Shown: one piece after another, positions 8,634 through 16,924 of the stretch
How the letters are laid out: every line of letters starts with the position of its first letter
How positions within the stretch are numbered: the first letter of the stretch is position 1
Assembly: GCA_025060275.1 (NCBI GenBank)
Contig: JANXCJ010000001.1
Coordinates: forward strand, 2,792-39,630
Reading direction: 5' to 3'
DNA: 36,839 bases
From: Bacteroidia bacterium
GTDB taxonomy: Bacteria > Bacteroidota > Bacteroidia > SpSt-205
The notes under the pieces: model-generated
What the model saw: only the letters and a program-made list of their open reading frames with translations
Database searches by the model: none
What the model was told of the DNA's origin: nothing
Position numbers and translations under genes: made by a program

Positions 8634-9715
8634 GGGAGTAAAAGCATGAGGGGCTGAGGAAGTTTGCCTGCTGGAAGAAAGAGAACTTCCCCACCCTTCT
8701 CTCTTACTGCTGCAACTAAGAGGTCTATTGCATCCTTGGTAGGAAGAGACTTCTTATTGTTTCCTATAAGCTCTTGTACAGGGAGAGTATAACCTTCTTC
8801 CACGAAAAGAATAGGCGAAGAGGGGAGAGAATCCTGTAGCAGCTCCCATATTTCTTGGGGGGTTTGAGCCTCTGAGTAAGTCAAGAAAGGGTAATACATC
8901 TGCTCAAGCATAGCCCGCTGGTGATGTAAATATTGCTCTACATTCTGCTGAATAATTTCTGGGGAGGCACTCTCTGGTATGCCACTAATCAAATTCAAGC
9001 CTGCCTGAACCTCTACATTGCGGCTCACCTCTTTGAGGATACGCTCTTCGCCCATGAGGATGACAGGCACTTTTTCCTCTTTTAGGTAAAAATGTACGAC
9101 TTCTCTCAGAGTATCCGCATACTTAACAAGAGCCATGGTATAGGAAGCGCGAGCCATTTGGCTAAATAGCTCATTGTATGGGGAAGGCTCTATACTGAGA
9201 TGCTGAAGCTGATTACGAGCCTTATGGAGTTGTTGAAGGGCCTCTTTGACGGAGGACTGGAGGGGAAGTGGAAAAAGACGACCTCCTACACCCTCAAACC
9301 ATCTCGCAGTATTCTCTGATACAACCCCTACAAAGACCGTCTGCACACGATAGAGAGCATACAACGCAGGATAGGGCTTAAGGTTTTTACCAATAGAAAT
9401 ATCCTCTTCTAAAGGAAAGGGTAAAAATACGGCCTCTGCAAGTGTAGGGGTTACAGCAAGTAGCCATGATCCCCCATGCCATGAAGACTCCATAACTTGG
9501 TTTATCACATACTCTAAGTTTGTACGAAAACTCTCTACCTCCTTGCGGTCAGGATGCTTAGCTAGGGCTTTTTCTGCTTTTTCTTGCACTTTAGCAAGTC
9601 GCGTGGGGTCAATAGGCACCTCCTCTGGTGGAATCAGCACATAAGCTGTAAGAGCTATGGAAAAGCTCTCCTGTTGAACTAAATGACGCACTCGTGTTAC
9701 CCTTAGCGACTCCAT
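8630..9715 (-). CDS. hypothetical protein, possibly related to bacterial eRF1/Pelota-like (baeRF) families
   Basis: 361 aa ORF joined to tpiA by an ATGA overlap. There are no TM segments or known catalytic motifs. The C-terminal D.IDLLVAAVREKGGEVLFL resembles the C-terminal domain of eRF1/Pelota-like proteins. The family call is weak. Confidence 0.55.
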   Translation of the reverse strand: MESLRVTRVRHLVQQESFSIALTAYVLIPPEEVPIDPTRLAKVQEKAEKALAKHPDRKEVESFRTNLEYVINQVMESSWHGGSWLLAVTPTLAEAVFLPFPLEEDISIGKNLKPYPALYALYRVQTVFVGVVSENTARWFEGVGGRLFPLPLQSSVKEALQQLHKARNQLQHLSIEPSPYNELFSQMARASYTMALVKYADTLREVVHFYLKEEKVPVILMGEERILKEVSRNVEVQAGLNLISGIPESASPEIIQQNVEQYLHHQRAMLEQMYYPFLTYSEAQTPQEIWELLQDSLPSSPILFVEEGYTLPVQELIGNNKKSLPTKDAIDLLVAAVREKGGEVLFLPAGKLPQPLMLLLP

Positions 9716-9760
9716 ATACTACTCCAATACCCTAACTTTACAGGCACTTCTGCCATAGAG

Positions 9761-10141
9761 ATGCAAAGTAAAAGTTTTCTCCTTTTCATATTAGCAGTTG
9801 CGGTATTAGGTACAGCATCTACACTTTGGCTCCCGCACTGGAGTGGCAGTATGTACGTACTTATGATAGTAGGATACTTTTTTCGGGGAAGGTTTTTATG
9901 GACACTCGCAGCAGGAGGGCTTTTGGCGATAATATGGCTTTTAGCTGCACTAAGCTGGGACATTCCCAATCAAGGTCTCTTAGCTAACCGAGTGGGTACT
10001 CTATTTGGTATATCTCGAGGGGGTACTTGGCTGATCACAGCAGGGATAGGGTTCATTCTAGGCTTTCTCGGCACTGCTGTAGGACAAGCCCTTGCGAAAG
10101 TACTCCCTCAAAAACCGCCTAGGTGGAGTGAGCGCCGCTGA
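9761..10141 (+). CDS. small membrane protein (about 4 TM helices), unknown function
   Basis: 126 aa hydrophobic ORF directly upstream of, and overlapping, the symporter gene. A TAACTTTA box lies at 9733-9740. Confidence 0.5.
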   Translation: MQSKSFLLFILAVAVLGTASTLWLPHWSGSMYVLMIVGYFFRGRFLWTLAAGGLLAIIWLLAALSWDIPNQGLLANRVGTLFGISRGGTWLITAGIGFILGFLGTAVGQALAKVLPQKPPRWSERR

Positions 10142-11414
10142 GGATACAAAACTTTCTTTGCGATTACTTATCGGATTTGGGGTAGGAGCAGGCACAGCTC
10201 TTCTATTTCGGGCTTGGGGGCTACCTCAAGAGGCTATACTTCTCATAGCTCGTATGCTTGGCGAAGTATTTCTGCGCATGATCTTTATGCTTATTTTACC
10301 GCTAATAATACCCATTCTGATTTTAGGGGTACAGCGGCTCACAGAGACAGGAGCGATGGGGAAAATAGGCATACATACCCTCTTTACAGTACTGGGGCTC
10401 ACGGCCATAGCCGCTTTCATAGGTCTAAGTTTGGCTAACTGGATAAAGCCAGGCAGCACTATCTCCTCAGAGACGCAGCAGCTTCTTACTAAGCGCTTTG
10501 GGCAGGCCACACCCACAGCCAAATCGCTCTCCAATGAATTCTTCTTATCCCTTATTCCCAAAAATCCCTTTAGGGAGATAGCTATGGCATTTAGTCCTGA
10601 GCAGCAAGGGGGACTTTTAGCAGTGGTGAGCTTCGTTTTACTTATAGGCTTAGCCCTAGCTAAGCTGCCTCCTATACAGACACAGCCCCTCTACCACCTT
10701 CTGGATGTGGTTTATCAAGCCAGTGTGTGGCTCCTTATGCAAGTCATGCGATGGATAGCCCCCGTAGGAGTATGTGCTTTAGTTTTTCAAGCTGTGATCG
10801 GCTTAGGCTTGGAACTTTTTCCATTATTGGGCGCCTATATGGGCACGGTTATCTTGGGACTTCTTTTACATGGGTTAGTTACTTATGGGCTTTTTCTATG
10901 GCAATTGGGGCGAACCTCTCCCTGGCAGGTTCTACAGAATAGCCTGCCTGCTCTCATTCTGGCATTTTCCTCAGCAAGTAGCAATGCCACACTTCCGACA
11001 ACCCTGCGAGTTGCTACCCAGCGTTTGGGGATAGCTCCACCTGTAGCCCAATTCGTTATCACCCTCGGCGCGACAGTCAATCAAAATGGAACAGCCTTAT
11101 ACGAGGGAGTAACTTTACTTTTTTTGATGCAAGTTTTTGGCATTCCTCTCAGCTTGTCTGAGCAAGTCTTAGTTGTAATATTAGCGATGTTGATTGCAAT
11201 TGGAGCGGCTGGTGTACCGGGCGGCTCTCTCCCTCTCTTGGCAGGTATATTACCTATATTTGGCATTCCAGCAGGTGCTATTGCTATAATATATGGTATT
11301 GATCGCTTTCTGGATATGCTGCGCACGACTTTGAATGTTTATGGAGATTTAGTGATTGCTACTTACCTAAATCGTCTGTACCATGGAACTCATTCGGACA
11401 CGAGAAGCACTTAG
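10092..11414 (+). CDS. dicarboxylate/amino acid:cation symporter (DAACS/GltP family)
   Basis: Polytopic, with the family motif SSASSNATLP and later GAAGVPG and DR..DM.RT. The start is uncertain: TTG at 10092, with in-frame GTG 10128 and TTG 10158 as alternatives. Confidence 0.82.
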   Translation: MRKYSLKNRLGGVSAAEDTKLSLRLLIGFGVGAGTALLFRAWGLPQEAILLIARMLGEVFLRMIFMLILPLIIPILILGVQRLTETGAMGKIGIHTLFTVLGLTAIAAFIGLSLANWIKPGSTISSETQQLLTKRFGQATPTAKSLSNEFFLSLIPKNPFREIAMAFSPEQQGGLLAVVSFVLLIGLALAKLPPIQTQPLYHLLDVVYQASVWLLMQVMRWIAPVGVCALVFQAVIGLGLELFPLLGAYMGTVILGLLLHGLVTYGLFLWQLGRTSPWQVLQNSLPALILAFSSASSNATLPTTLRVATQRLGIAPPVAQFVITLGATVNQNGTALYEGVTLLFLMQVFGIPLSLSEQVLVVILAMLIAIGAAGVPGGSLPLLAGILPIFGIPAGAIAIIYGIDRFLDMLRTTLNVYGDLVIATYLNRLYHGTHSDTRST

Positions 11415-12246
11415 GCAGTGGCGCGGAAAAGCGCAGGGCAGCATAGGCTTTGTACCTACTATGGGCGCCCTTCACGAGGGACATCTGTCTCTTGTACGTC
11501 ATAGCCTATCTCAGAATGATAGGACAGTTGTGAGTATCTTCGTCAATCCCCGTCAATTCGGAGCGAACGAAGACTATTACCGTTACCCCCGCATGTTAGA
11601 TACAGACCGAAGGCTTTTGGAAAACTTAGGTGTTTCAGTTCTATTCGCTCCCCCTGAGGAAGAGATGTATAGCCCAGACGATGAAGTCTGGATGAGCCTC
11701 ACCCGACTAAGCCGACTATGGTGTGGAAGCTATCGTTTAGGACATTTTGACGGGGTAGTATTAGTCCTCACTAAGCTATTTCATCTTGTAGCTCCTCATA
11801 GAGCTTACTTTGGGGAAAAAGACTTTCAGCAGGTAAGAGTAGTAGAGAAAATGGTAGAGGAGTTGTTTTTTCCTATACAAATCATTCGGATGCCTACGGT
11901 ACGAGAACCAGACGGACTCGCAATTAGCTCTCGTAATAGCTACCTTTCCCCACGGGGGAGAGCGCAGGCTGTAGCCCTATACAAGACTCTTCAGTACATT
12001 CAGACTCTAGTGCCGAAGTTCCGCCTTACGCATAAAATCCTAGAAGAAGCTCGGCAATATCTCCACGAGCGTTTTCCTGAGGTAAAAGTAGAGTATCTCG
12101 CCATAGTAGATGAGTATTCCCTGGAGCCTTTAGAACACCTCTCGCAGAGCGCCAAACCGCGAGCTCTTATTGCGGCTTATGTAGAAGGGGTACGACTGAT
12201 TGATAACATCCCCCTTGAAGTGCCTCCAGAAGAAGCATACACCTAA
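11383..12246 (+). CDS. panC: pantoate--beta-alanine ligase
   Basis: 287 aa. FVPTMGALHEGHLSL (HxGH nucleotidyltransferase motif), FVNP.QF, GEKDFQQ and SSRN. Confidence 0.9.
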   Translation: MELIRTREALRQWRGKAQGSIGFVPTMGALHEGHLSLVRHSLSQNDRTVVSIFVNPRQFGANEDYYRYPRMLDTDRRLLENLGVSVLFAPPEEEMYSPDDEVWMSLTRLSRLWCGSYRLGHFDGVVLVLTKLFHLVAPHRAYFGEKDFQQVRVVEKMVEELFFPIQIIRMPTVREPDGLAISSRNSYLSPRGRAQAVALYKTLQYIQTLVPKFRLTHKILEEARQYLHERFPEVKVEYLAIVDEYSLEPLEHLSQSAKPRALIAAYVEGVRLIDNIPLEVPPEEAYT

Positions 12247-12445
12247 CCAAACTCTTCTACCCAAACCCTCAGAGAGACAGAGCTTCAAAGGTAAAAGATA
12301 AGAGAATTGGCTTCGTCCGCCCTTTCGCTCTGTAACCCTTTTCTTACGGTACTTTTAGAAACAGGATTGTCTAAGAGTGAGTATTTCGCTTCATTTGAAT
12401 ATAACACATGCCATGAGGTGGGCCTCGCATAGGTAAGATTTTTTC

Positions 12446-13634
12446 CTAAGAGTGAGCTACGTCAGCATAGATCAGAACGCCTAAACTGCTATGGAGGCGC
12501 ACTTGGCTCTGGTTAGGTAGTCCCAAGAGGCAAAGCTCTTCACTACTTGCCCTATAGATAGCGTGAGGAGAGAGCTGAGTCGGATTATGGAGTTGGGTAG
12601 ATTGCTTCTGCCGCATTACCCAAGGGTATTGATGAAAGACATCAGTAGCATCAAGCTGTGGAGTATTTCCATATCCTACCGTGAAGTATCAATCACCTAC
12701 CTGCGTGAGAAAGGGTTCATCAATAGCCGTAACATTTGCACATTTCCCCTCCACACCAGACGGGACAACAACTAATTCTTTGGGACACCAACTCTCCCAA
12801 TCTCTAAGCACAAGCTGGCAAGAGCAGTAAGTAGATCGAAAACCTCTCTCATCAGGAGCACTAAAATATACCCACCAGACAGTTCCTTCACAGCACAAAT
12901 GTGGCTGTACCTCATAGGGCGCTTGATCGTTCAACTACCTACTCACCCGAATTGGAGACGCCCAAGTGCCTCCATCGTCTGAAACCCAACATAATATACC
13001 CTCCCTACTTCTCTCAAGGAAAAGGAGCAATTGTTTATTTGGCAGCCTGTTAATATTAGGGGTTATCCTCGTGTATTGGACTGCTCAGAATAAGCACGCC
13101 CCCTGAAAAAGAAGGATTTACCAGGATGTTCCGCAGAAGCATGATCTCCATGCCCACCGCACCCGTATCCAGCGTAAAACAAACACATCAAAAGTATCTT
13201 GTTTCCCAAGACACCACAAGCTCCCCCTTCATAAGTAACAGATTTTCATAAGTTACAGGAGCGTCACGCGGAGAAATCTTGCGTAGGAGCTAAACGTTCT
13301 GCCTTGATAATATCGCTATGAATGTAACTCGGGCAGCCAAAAGGACTAGTAAGGGTATCTATGTCTAAGAGAGGAACTTGCAAATAAGGTGTGAAAAGTT
13401 TTTGCGGGGATACCAGTTTTGAAGCCAGGAAAGTAGTTCATATGGAAAGTATGTCCTAAAAAGATTCCGACCCTCACGAGTAATATACAGCCCATCCTCC
13501 CATCCCTCCGTAGCAATAGATAGAGGCTGGGGTATCTCATAGGTTATTGTATCTGCTATAAGGAAACATGCGTTGGCGAATATCTGCTGACACTTTACCT
13601 GGGCTGCCAGTGCAGAAGAGGGGATACCTCCACA
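12446..13634 (-). pseudogene. decayed BNR/Asp-box repeat (sialidase-like beta-propeller) gene
   Basis: About 1.2 kb without an intact ORF. On the minus strand one frame reads ...CWVSDDGGTWASPIRVSR-TAG(12935-12937)-LNDQAPYEVQ...TQVGD-TGA(12689-12691)-YFTVGYGN...ADVAHS-TAG(12446-12448). SDDGGTW (12962-12982) is an exact SxDxGxTW Asp-box. Upstream fragments (IATEGWEDGLYITREGRNLF; LDTGAVGMEIMLLRNILVNP) lie in other frames. Confidence 0.5.
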
Positions 13635-13647
13635 CTATAGAATAAGC

Positions 13648-13989
13648 CTAATCCCTATGATTACCTTCTGCCCCTCCTAATGTGCGGTCTCCAGTATTTT
13701 CTACGACTGAGAGAAGTTCTCCCATCAGTTCCTTTATGATGTTGTCAGCCTCCACCCTTGGGACCACTGCATATAGGTCTGGACTATTGCTGCTTCCTGT
13801 CAGGGTCCCCCTCCCATCGCTCAAGGTAAGCTTGTATAGAATAGCTCCATTAGAGAGCACAAAGAATTCTAAACGGCTTGCCCCTAAGGTAGCCCGCAAA
13901 GCATGCCACTCCTCTCCACTAAGAGGATGCGCTAAAGATATAAGATACTTAGCCCGCCAAGCACAAACTTGTATTTTTTCACACTTCAT
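13648..13989 (-). CDS. hypothetical protein, third gene of an unknown three-gene operon
   Basis: 113 aa ORF whose ATG overlaps the stop of the 423 aa gene (ATGA at 13986-13989). I recognise no motif. A Roadblock/LC7-like fold is speculation only. Confidence 0.55.
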   Translation of the reverse strand: MKCEKIQVCAWRAKYLISLAHPLSGEEWHALRATLGASRLEFFVLSNGAILYKLTLSDGRGTLTGSSNSPDLYAVVPRVEADNIIKELMGELLSVVENTGDRTLGGAEGNHRD

Positions 13990-15257
13990 ACATGACCCAC
14001 ACGCGCACGAAGCACATCCTTTTCTCCACCTTGAAGTCTGCTTTCTAAAAACTCAGTTTCATATATTCTACCCTCTTGAAAAAGCTGACGATAGAGTACA
14101 CCATCAAAAGTAAGAGATTTCTCGGCAATTCCCGCTTTATAAACTAATGCCATTATACCCGCAAATAGCCCCTTAGCAAAGGGGGAGTGGTCCAGGGCAG
14201 GGCTGGGAAGAGCTGCGAGAGCGGTAGTTTCATACCAATTTCTAAGACAGAGGTTCCATGCTTGAGCAGAGGGTCTCTGGCTGCATTCTACGATGCCCCA
14301 GCCGATGGCAGGGAGTACAGCGGAGATTCCATATATCCAGTCTTCTGGAGTATCCAAATATGGACGCACTACTGCATCCCATTCAGCACTTTGCATTATA
14401 CCTCCTAAGGTGTTGAAGGCACACACGTGCCCCGACTCAATGAGCATATCAAGTACGACCTGCCTTACCTCTTCTCCAACTACTTGTATCATTCGCTGGA
14501 AGTGACGCTCTGAAATAAGTGTGTAGTAGTTCCCCGGAAGGCGAGTAAGCACGACGCCAAAGGCCTCTATAAGCCCTGTGTCCGGGTCTGGGTTTAGAGG
14601 CAGTCCTAATACAGCGTCACGAATCTGTGCCATAGGAACCCGCGTATCACGTGGTTGCACTAACGTACCTGTCTGTGCCTTGCCTTCTTGGACAGAAGGC
14701 GAAAGCGGAAGGAGATGGGACAAGCGATAAAACCTCCAGCGCACTGCTGGGTCCCCCTGCGTAAGACAAGCCGTCTGCTCACTCCCGATGCTGCCCAAGG
14801 GCAGGTCATAAATAGCCTCTATCGCCCCTGCAATATAACCCTGAGAAAAGTAAGCTACGCCCCGTTTCCCCTTGGGACGAGATGGGAAAGTCGCTGCATA
14901 GGTATAAGCATAATGTTCATAAGGCGTAGATATTTCTCCTCCCTCACTTGTAATTCCTTGTAAGCTTATCTTTCCAAAGCCGCAAGAGCTGTATAAACTC
15001 TCCACAAGAGATTTACGCTGATTGAAATCATGGATACCCTTCTTTGTGAAAATGTTCCTGAAAAGTGCATGAGCCACTTCTTGGGCAGTCCATACTAAAA
15101 CCTCTTCCACGGGATATATACCTTCTGCATCCTCAATAGAGGTTTGCAGGAAATGATTGTAGTAGTGACAATGCACTACATGCGGCTCTCCTCCTATCAG
15201 GATAGAGCCTTTCTCTAAATGGGGCTCTACCAGTGACTCCGCAGTAAGCAGGGTCAT
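13986..15257 (-). CDS. hypothetical protein with two V4R-like (4-vinyl reductase / XylR-DmpR effector-binding type) halves
   Basis: 423 aa. The first half ends CGFGKISLQ...GVAYFSQGYIAGAIEAIY...SEQTACLTQGDPAVRWRF. The second half ends AIGWGIVEC...AKGLFAGIMALVY...GRIYETEF. Both follow the V4R pattern GxG...G(Y/F)xAG...E..C..G..C.F, with the Cys residues partly replaced. Called by eye only. Confidence 0.65.
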   Translation of the reverse strand: MTLLTAESLVEPHLEKGSILIGGEPHVVHCHYYNHFLQTSIEDAEGIYPVEEVLVWTAQEVAHALFRNIFTKKGIHDFNQRKSLVESLYSSCGFGKISLQGITSEGGEISTPYEHYAYTYAATFPSRPKGKRGVAYFSQGYIAGAIEAIYDLPLGSIGSEQTACLTQGDPAVRWRFYRLSHLLPLSPSVQEGKAQTGTLVQPRDTRVPMAQIRDAVLGLPLNPDPDTGLIEAFGVVLTRLPGNYYTLISERHFQRMIQVVGEEVRQVVLDMLIESGHVCAFNTLGGIMQSAEWDAVVRPYLDTPEDWIYGISAVLPAIGWGIVECSQRPSAQAWNLCLRNWYETTALAALPSPALDHSPFAKGLFAGIMALVYKAGIAEKSLTFDGVLYRQLFQEGRIYETEFLESRLQGGEKDVLRARVGHV

Positions 15258-15631
15258 ACGACTATCTGATTTTTGAAGACTTCGTGAAGGGGTAATTCTC
15301 TACCATACATTTCTCTAAGAATCGCGGAAAGCCGATGCACGACTTCTCTAGGGACCTTCGTATCAGGGTGAGGAGAAAGTAAGCTAGTCAAGGGAATATT
15401 GATATCTCTGATAAACCTAATACTCCTTATAACCACCCTATCCCATGCATATGGGCTAAGCGTGGAAATAACCCACTGCTTAATCGGGGCCAATACATAT
15501 TCATCTGAATCAATCGAAGAAACGAAGTGCCTTCCCTCACCGTCAGATTTCTCTACAAGGACGGTACTACCACCCCCACTTGCTTTTCCCCAAGGTAAGA
15601 AGGTACGAAGCCAGTTCTTCCAAATAGCCAT
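15254..15631 (-). CDS. hypothetical protein, first gene of the three-gene operon
   Basis: 125 aa ORF. Its ATG lies 4 nt behind a TAACTTTA box, and its stop overlaps the next start (ATGA at 15254-15257). Confidence 0.55.
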   Translation of the reverse strand: MAIWKNWLRTFLPWGKASGGGSTVLVEKSDGEGRHFVSSIDSDEYVLAPIKQWVISTLSPYAWDRVVIRSIRFIRDINIPLTSLLSPHPDTKVPREVVHRLSAILREMYGRELPLHEVFKNQIVV

Positions 15632-15635
15632 GTAG

Positions 15636-15643
15636 TAAAGTTA
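15636..15643 (-). promoter_or_regulatory. -7-like box TAACTTTA, 4 nt before the ATG at 15631
   Basis: Minus strand reads TAACTTTA-ctac-ATG. This is a one-mismatch version of TAnnTTTG and part of repeat copy A. Confidence 0.4.
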
Positions 15644-15701
15644 TGAACTTTCACAAGTATTTTTTCTGCTCTTGCAAATACTCTTCCAAATAACCATGTA
15701 G

Positions 15702-15709
15702 CAAAGTTA
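15702..15709 (-). promoter_or_regulatory. -7 box TAACTTTG (exact), in the upstream duplicate of the operon 5' end
   Basis: Minus strand reads TAACTTTG-ctac-ATG(15697). This is part of repeat copy B, located 66 bp upstream of copy A. Confidence 0.45.
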
Positions 15710-15719
15710 CGGCTTAGCC

Positions 15720-16883
15720 TTAAGCACAAAGAAAAGGTACATCCCCTTTGCCAAGGGCTCGTGATATAACTATGCGCTGTATTTCACTAGTCCCCTCATA
15801 TATCTCAGTGATTTTAGCATCTCGGAATAAGCGCTCTACGTGATATTCTTTTACGTACCCGTAGCCTCCATGGATTTGTATAGCCTCTGTAGTTACTTCC
15901 ATAGCTGTACGGGAAGCATAAAGTTTAGCAAGGGACGCCAGCAGCCCATATGGCTCGCCCTTATCTTTCGCTTGGGCTGCACGGAGGCATAGAAGGCGCG
16001 CAGCTTCTACCCGGGTAGCCATTTGAGCCAGTTTGAAGGCAATAGCCTGGTGTTTTGCGATAGGAACGCTAAAAGCCTTTCGTTGCGTGCTATATCGGAG
16101 AGCCAGCTCATAAGCACCTGAAGCAATCCCTAACGCTTGCGCTGCTATACCGATTCGCCCTCCATCCAGTACCTTCATGGCAAACTTGAAGCCGAAACCT
16201 TCTTCACCTATGCGATTCTCTATTGGCACCTTTACATCATTGAATATCATAGAGTGTGTATCCGAACCCCTAATTCCCAGTTTATCTTCTTTTTTACCCA
16301 CTACCACCCCTTTCCACTCTCTTTCCACAATGAAAGCACTTATGCCTCTACTGCCTTGCGAGGGGTCTGTTTGAGCCATGACTAAATAGATGCCTGCCCT
16401 ACCTGCATTTGTGATCCAATTTTTTGTTCCACTCAGTATGTAGTAATCGCCACGACGTATAGCGGTAGTGCGCTGCTGCGTAGCATCACTACCCGCTTCT
16501 GGTTCTGAGAGACAAAAAGCCCCAATTAGCTCTCCTTTCGCTAAGGCTGGTAAATATTTTCGCTTTTGTTCTTCTGTGCCGTAGGTCTCTATGCCCCAGT
16601 TAATTAGGGAATTTTGCACAGAGACAATCACGCTTGCGGAAGCATCTACTTTAGAGAGCTCTTCCATGACTAGCACGTAGCTCACTGTATCCATGCCTCC
16701 ACCGCCATATTCAGGAGATACCATGAGCCCTAAGAATCCCAGTTCACCCATCTTACGTATAAGCTCATCAGGAAAGGTCTGCTTCTCGTCTCGTTCTATC
16801 ACACCGGGTAAAAGTTCATTTTGTGCAAAATCCCGAGCTGCTTGCCGTACCATCTCCTGCTCGGCTGTGAAGCTAAAGCGCAT
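15720..16883 (-). CDS. acyl-CoA dehydrogenase (short/medium-chain type)
   Basis: 387 aa. CLSEPEAGSD, ITNAG, QIHGGYGY and YEGTSEIQR, which contains the catalytic Glu. Confidence 0.9.
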   Translation of the reverse strand: MRFSFTAEQEMVRQAARDFAQNELLPGVIERDEKQTFPDELIRKMGELGFLGLMVSPEYGGGGMDTVSYVLVMEELSKVDASASVIVSVQNSLINWGIETYGTEEQKRKYLPALAKGELIGAFCLSEPEAGSDATQQRTTAIRRGDYYILSGTKNWITNAGRAGIYLVMAQTDPSQGSRGISAFIVEREWKGVVVGKKEDKLGIRGSDTHSMIFNDVKVPIENRIGEEGFGFKFAMKVLDGGRIGIAAQALGIASGAYELALRYSTQRKAFSVPIAKHQAIAFKLAQMATRVEAARLLCLRAAQAKDKGEPYGLLASLAKLYASRTAMEVTTEAIQIHGGYGYVKEYHVERLFRDAKITEIYEGTSEIQRIVISRALGKGDVPFLCA

Positions 16884-16890
16884 GACCTTA

Positions 16891-16898
16891 CAAATCTA
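16891..16898 (-). promoter_or_regulatory. -7 box TAGATTTG, 7 nt before the acyl-CoA dehydrogenase ATG
   Basis: Minus strand reads TAGATTTG-taaggtc-ATG(16883). Confidence 0.45.
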
Positions 16899-16924
16899 AT
16901 CAAAATCTCCTTTATCTCTCCTAT

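Larger units (their letters stand above)
15617..15711 (-). repeat. imperfect 29-bp direct repeat (26/29 identical), period 66 bp, duplicating the promoter box plus the first five codons
   Basis: Copy A is 15617-15645, cttccaaatagccatgtagtaaagttatg. Copy B is 15683-15711, cttccaaataaccatgtagcaaagttacg. Confidence 0.8.

Noticed and set aside
9703-9969. An 88 aa minus-strand ORF overlapping the start of the 361 aa gene and the small membrane protein gene.
   Set aside because: It is antisense to a hydrophobic plus-strand ORF that has operon continuity with the symporter. It has no motif or promoter evidence.
12446-12937. Stop-codon recoding (readthrough, Sec or Pyl) of the in-frame TAG and TGA in the BNR-like frame.
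   Set aside because: TAG, TGA and TAA all act as ordinary stops for the well-supported genes in the window. Upstream segments are also frameshifted, and no SECIS-like context was evident. Pseudogene decay fits better.
12563-13540. Track ORFs 12563-12775 (+), 12689-12934 (-) and 13346-13540 (-) as independent small genes.
   Set aside because: 12689-12934 is one fragment of the decayed BNR-like frame. The other two are out-of-frame or antisense to protein-like fragments, have no motif and no promoter box, and fall within the pseudogene.
13682-14113. A 143 aa plus-strand ORF antisense to the 113 aa and 423 aa genes. Similar antisense or out-of-frame ORFs lie inside corA, nuoF, tpiA, the symporter, acyl-CoA dehydrogenase, gldG, priA, thiC and the 550 aa gene.
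   Set aside because: They are shadow ORFs fully contained in longer ORFs with clear family motifs or operon structure. They have low-complexity or atypical composition and no start-proximal promoter boxes.
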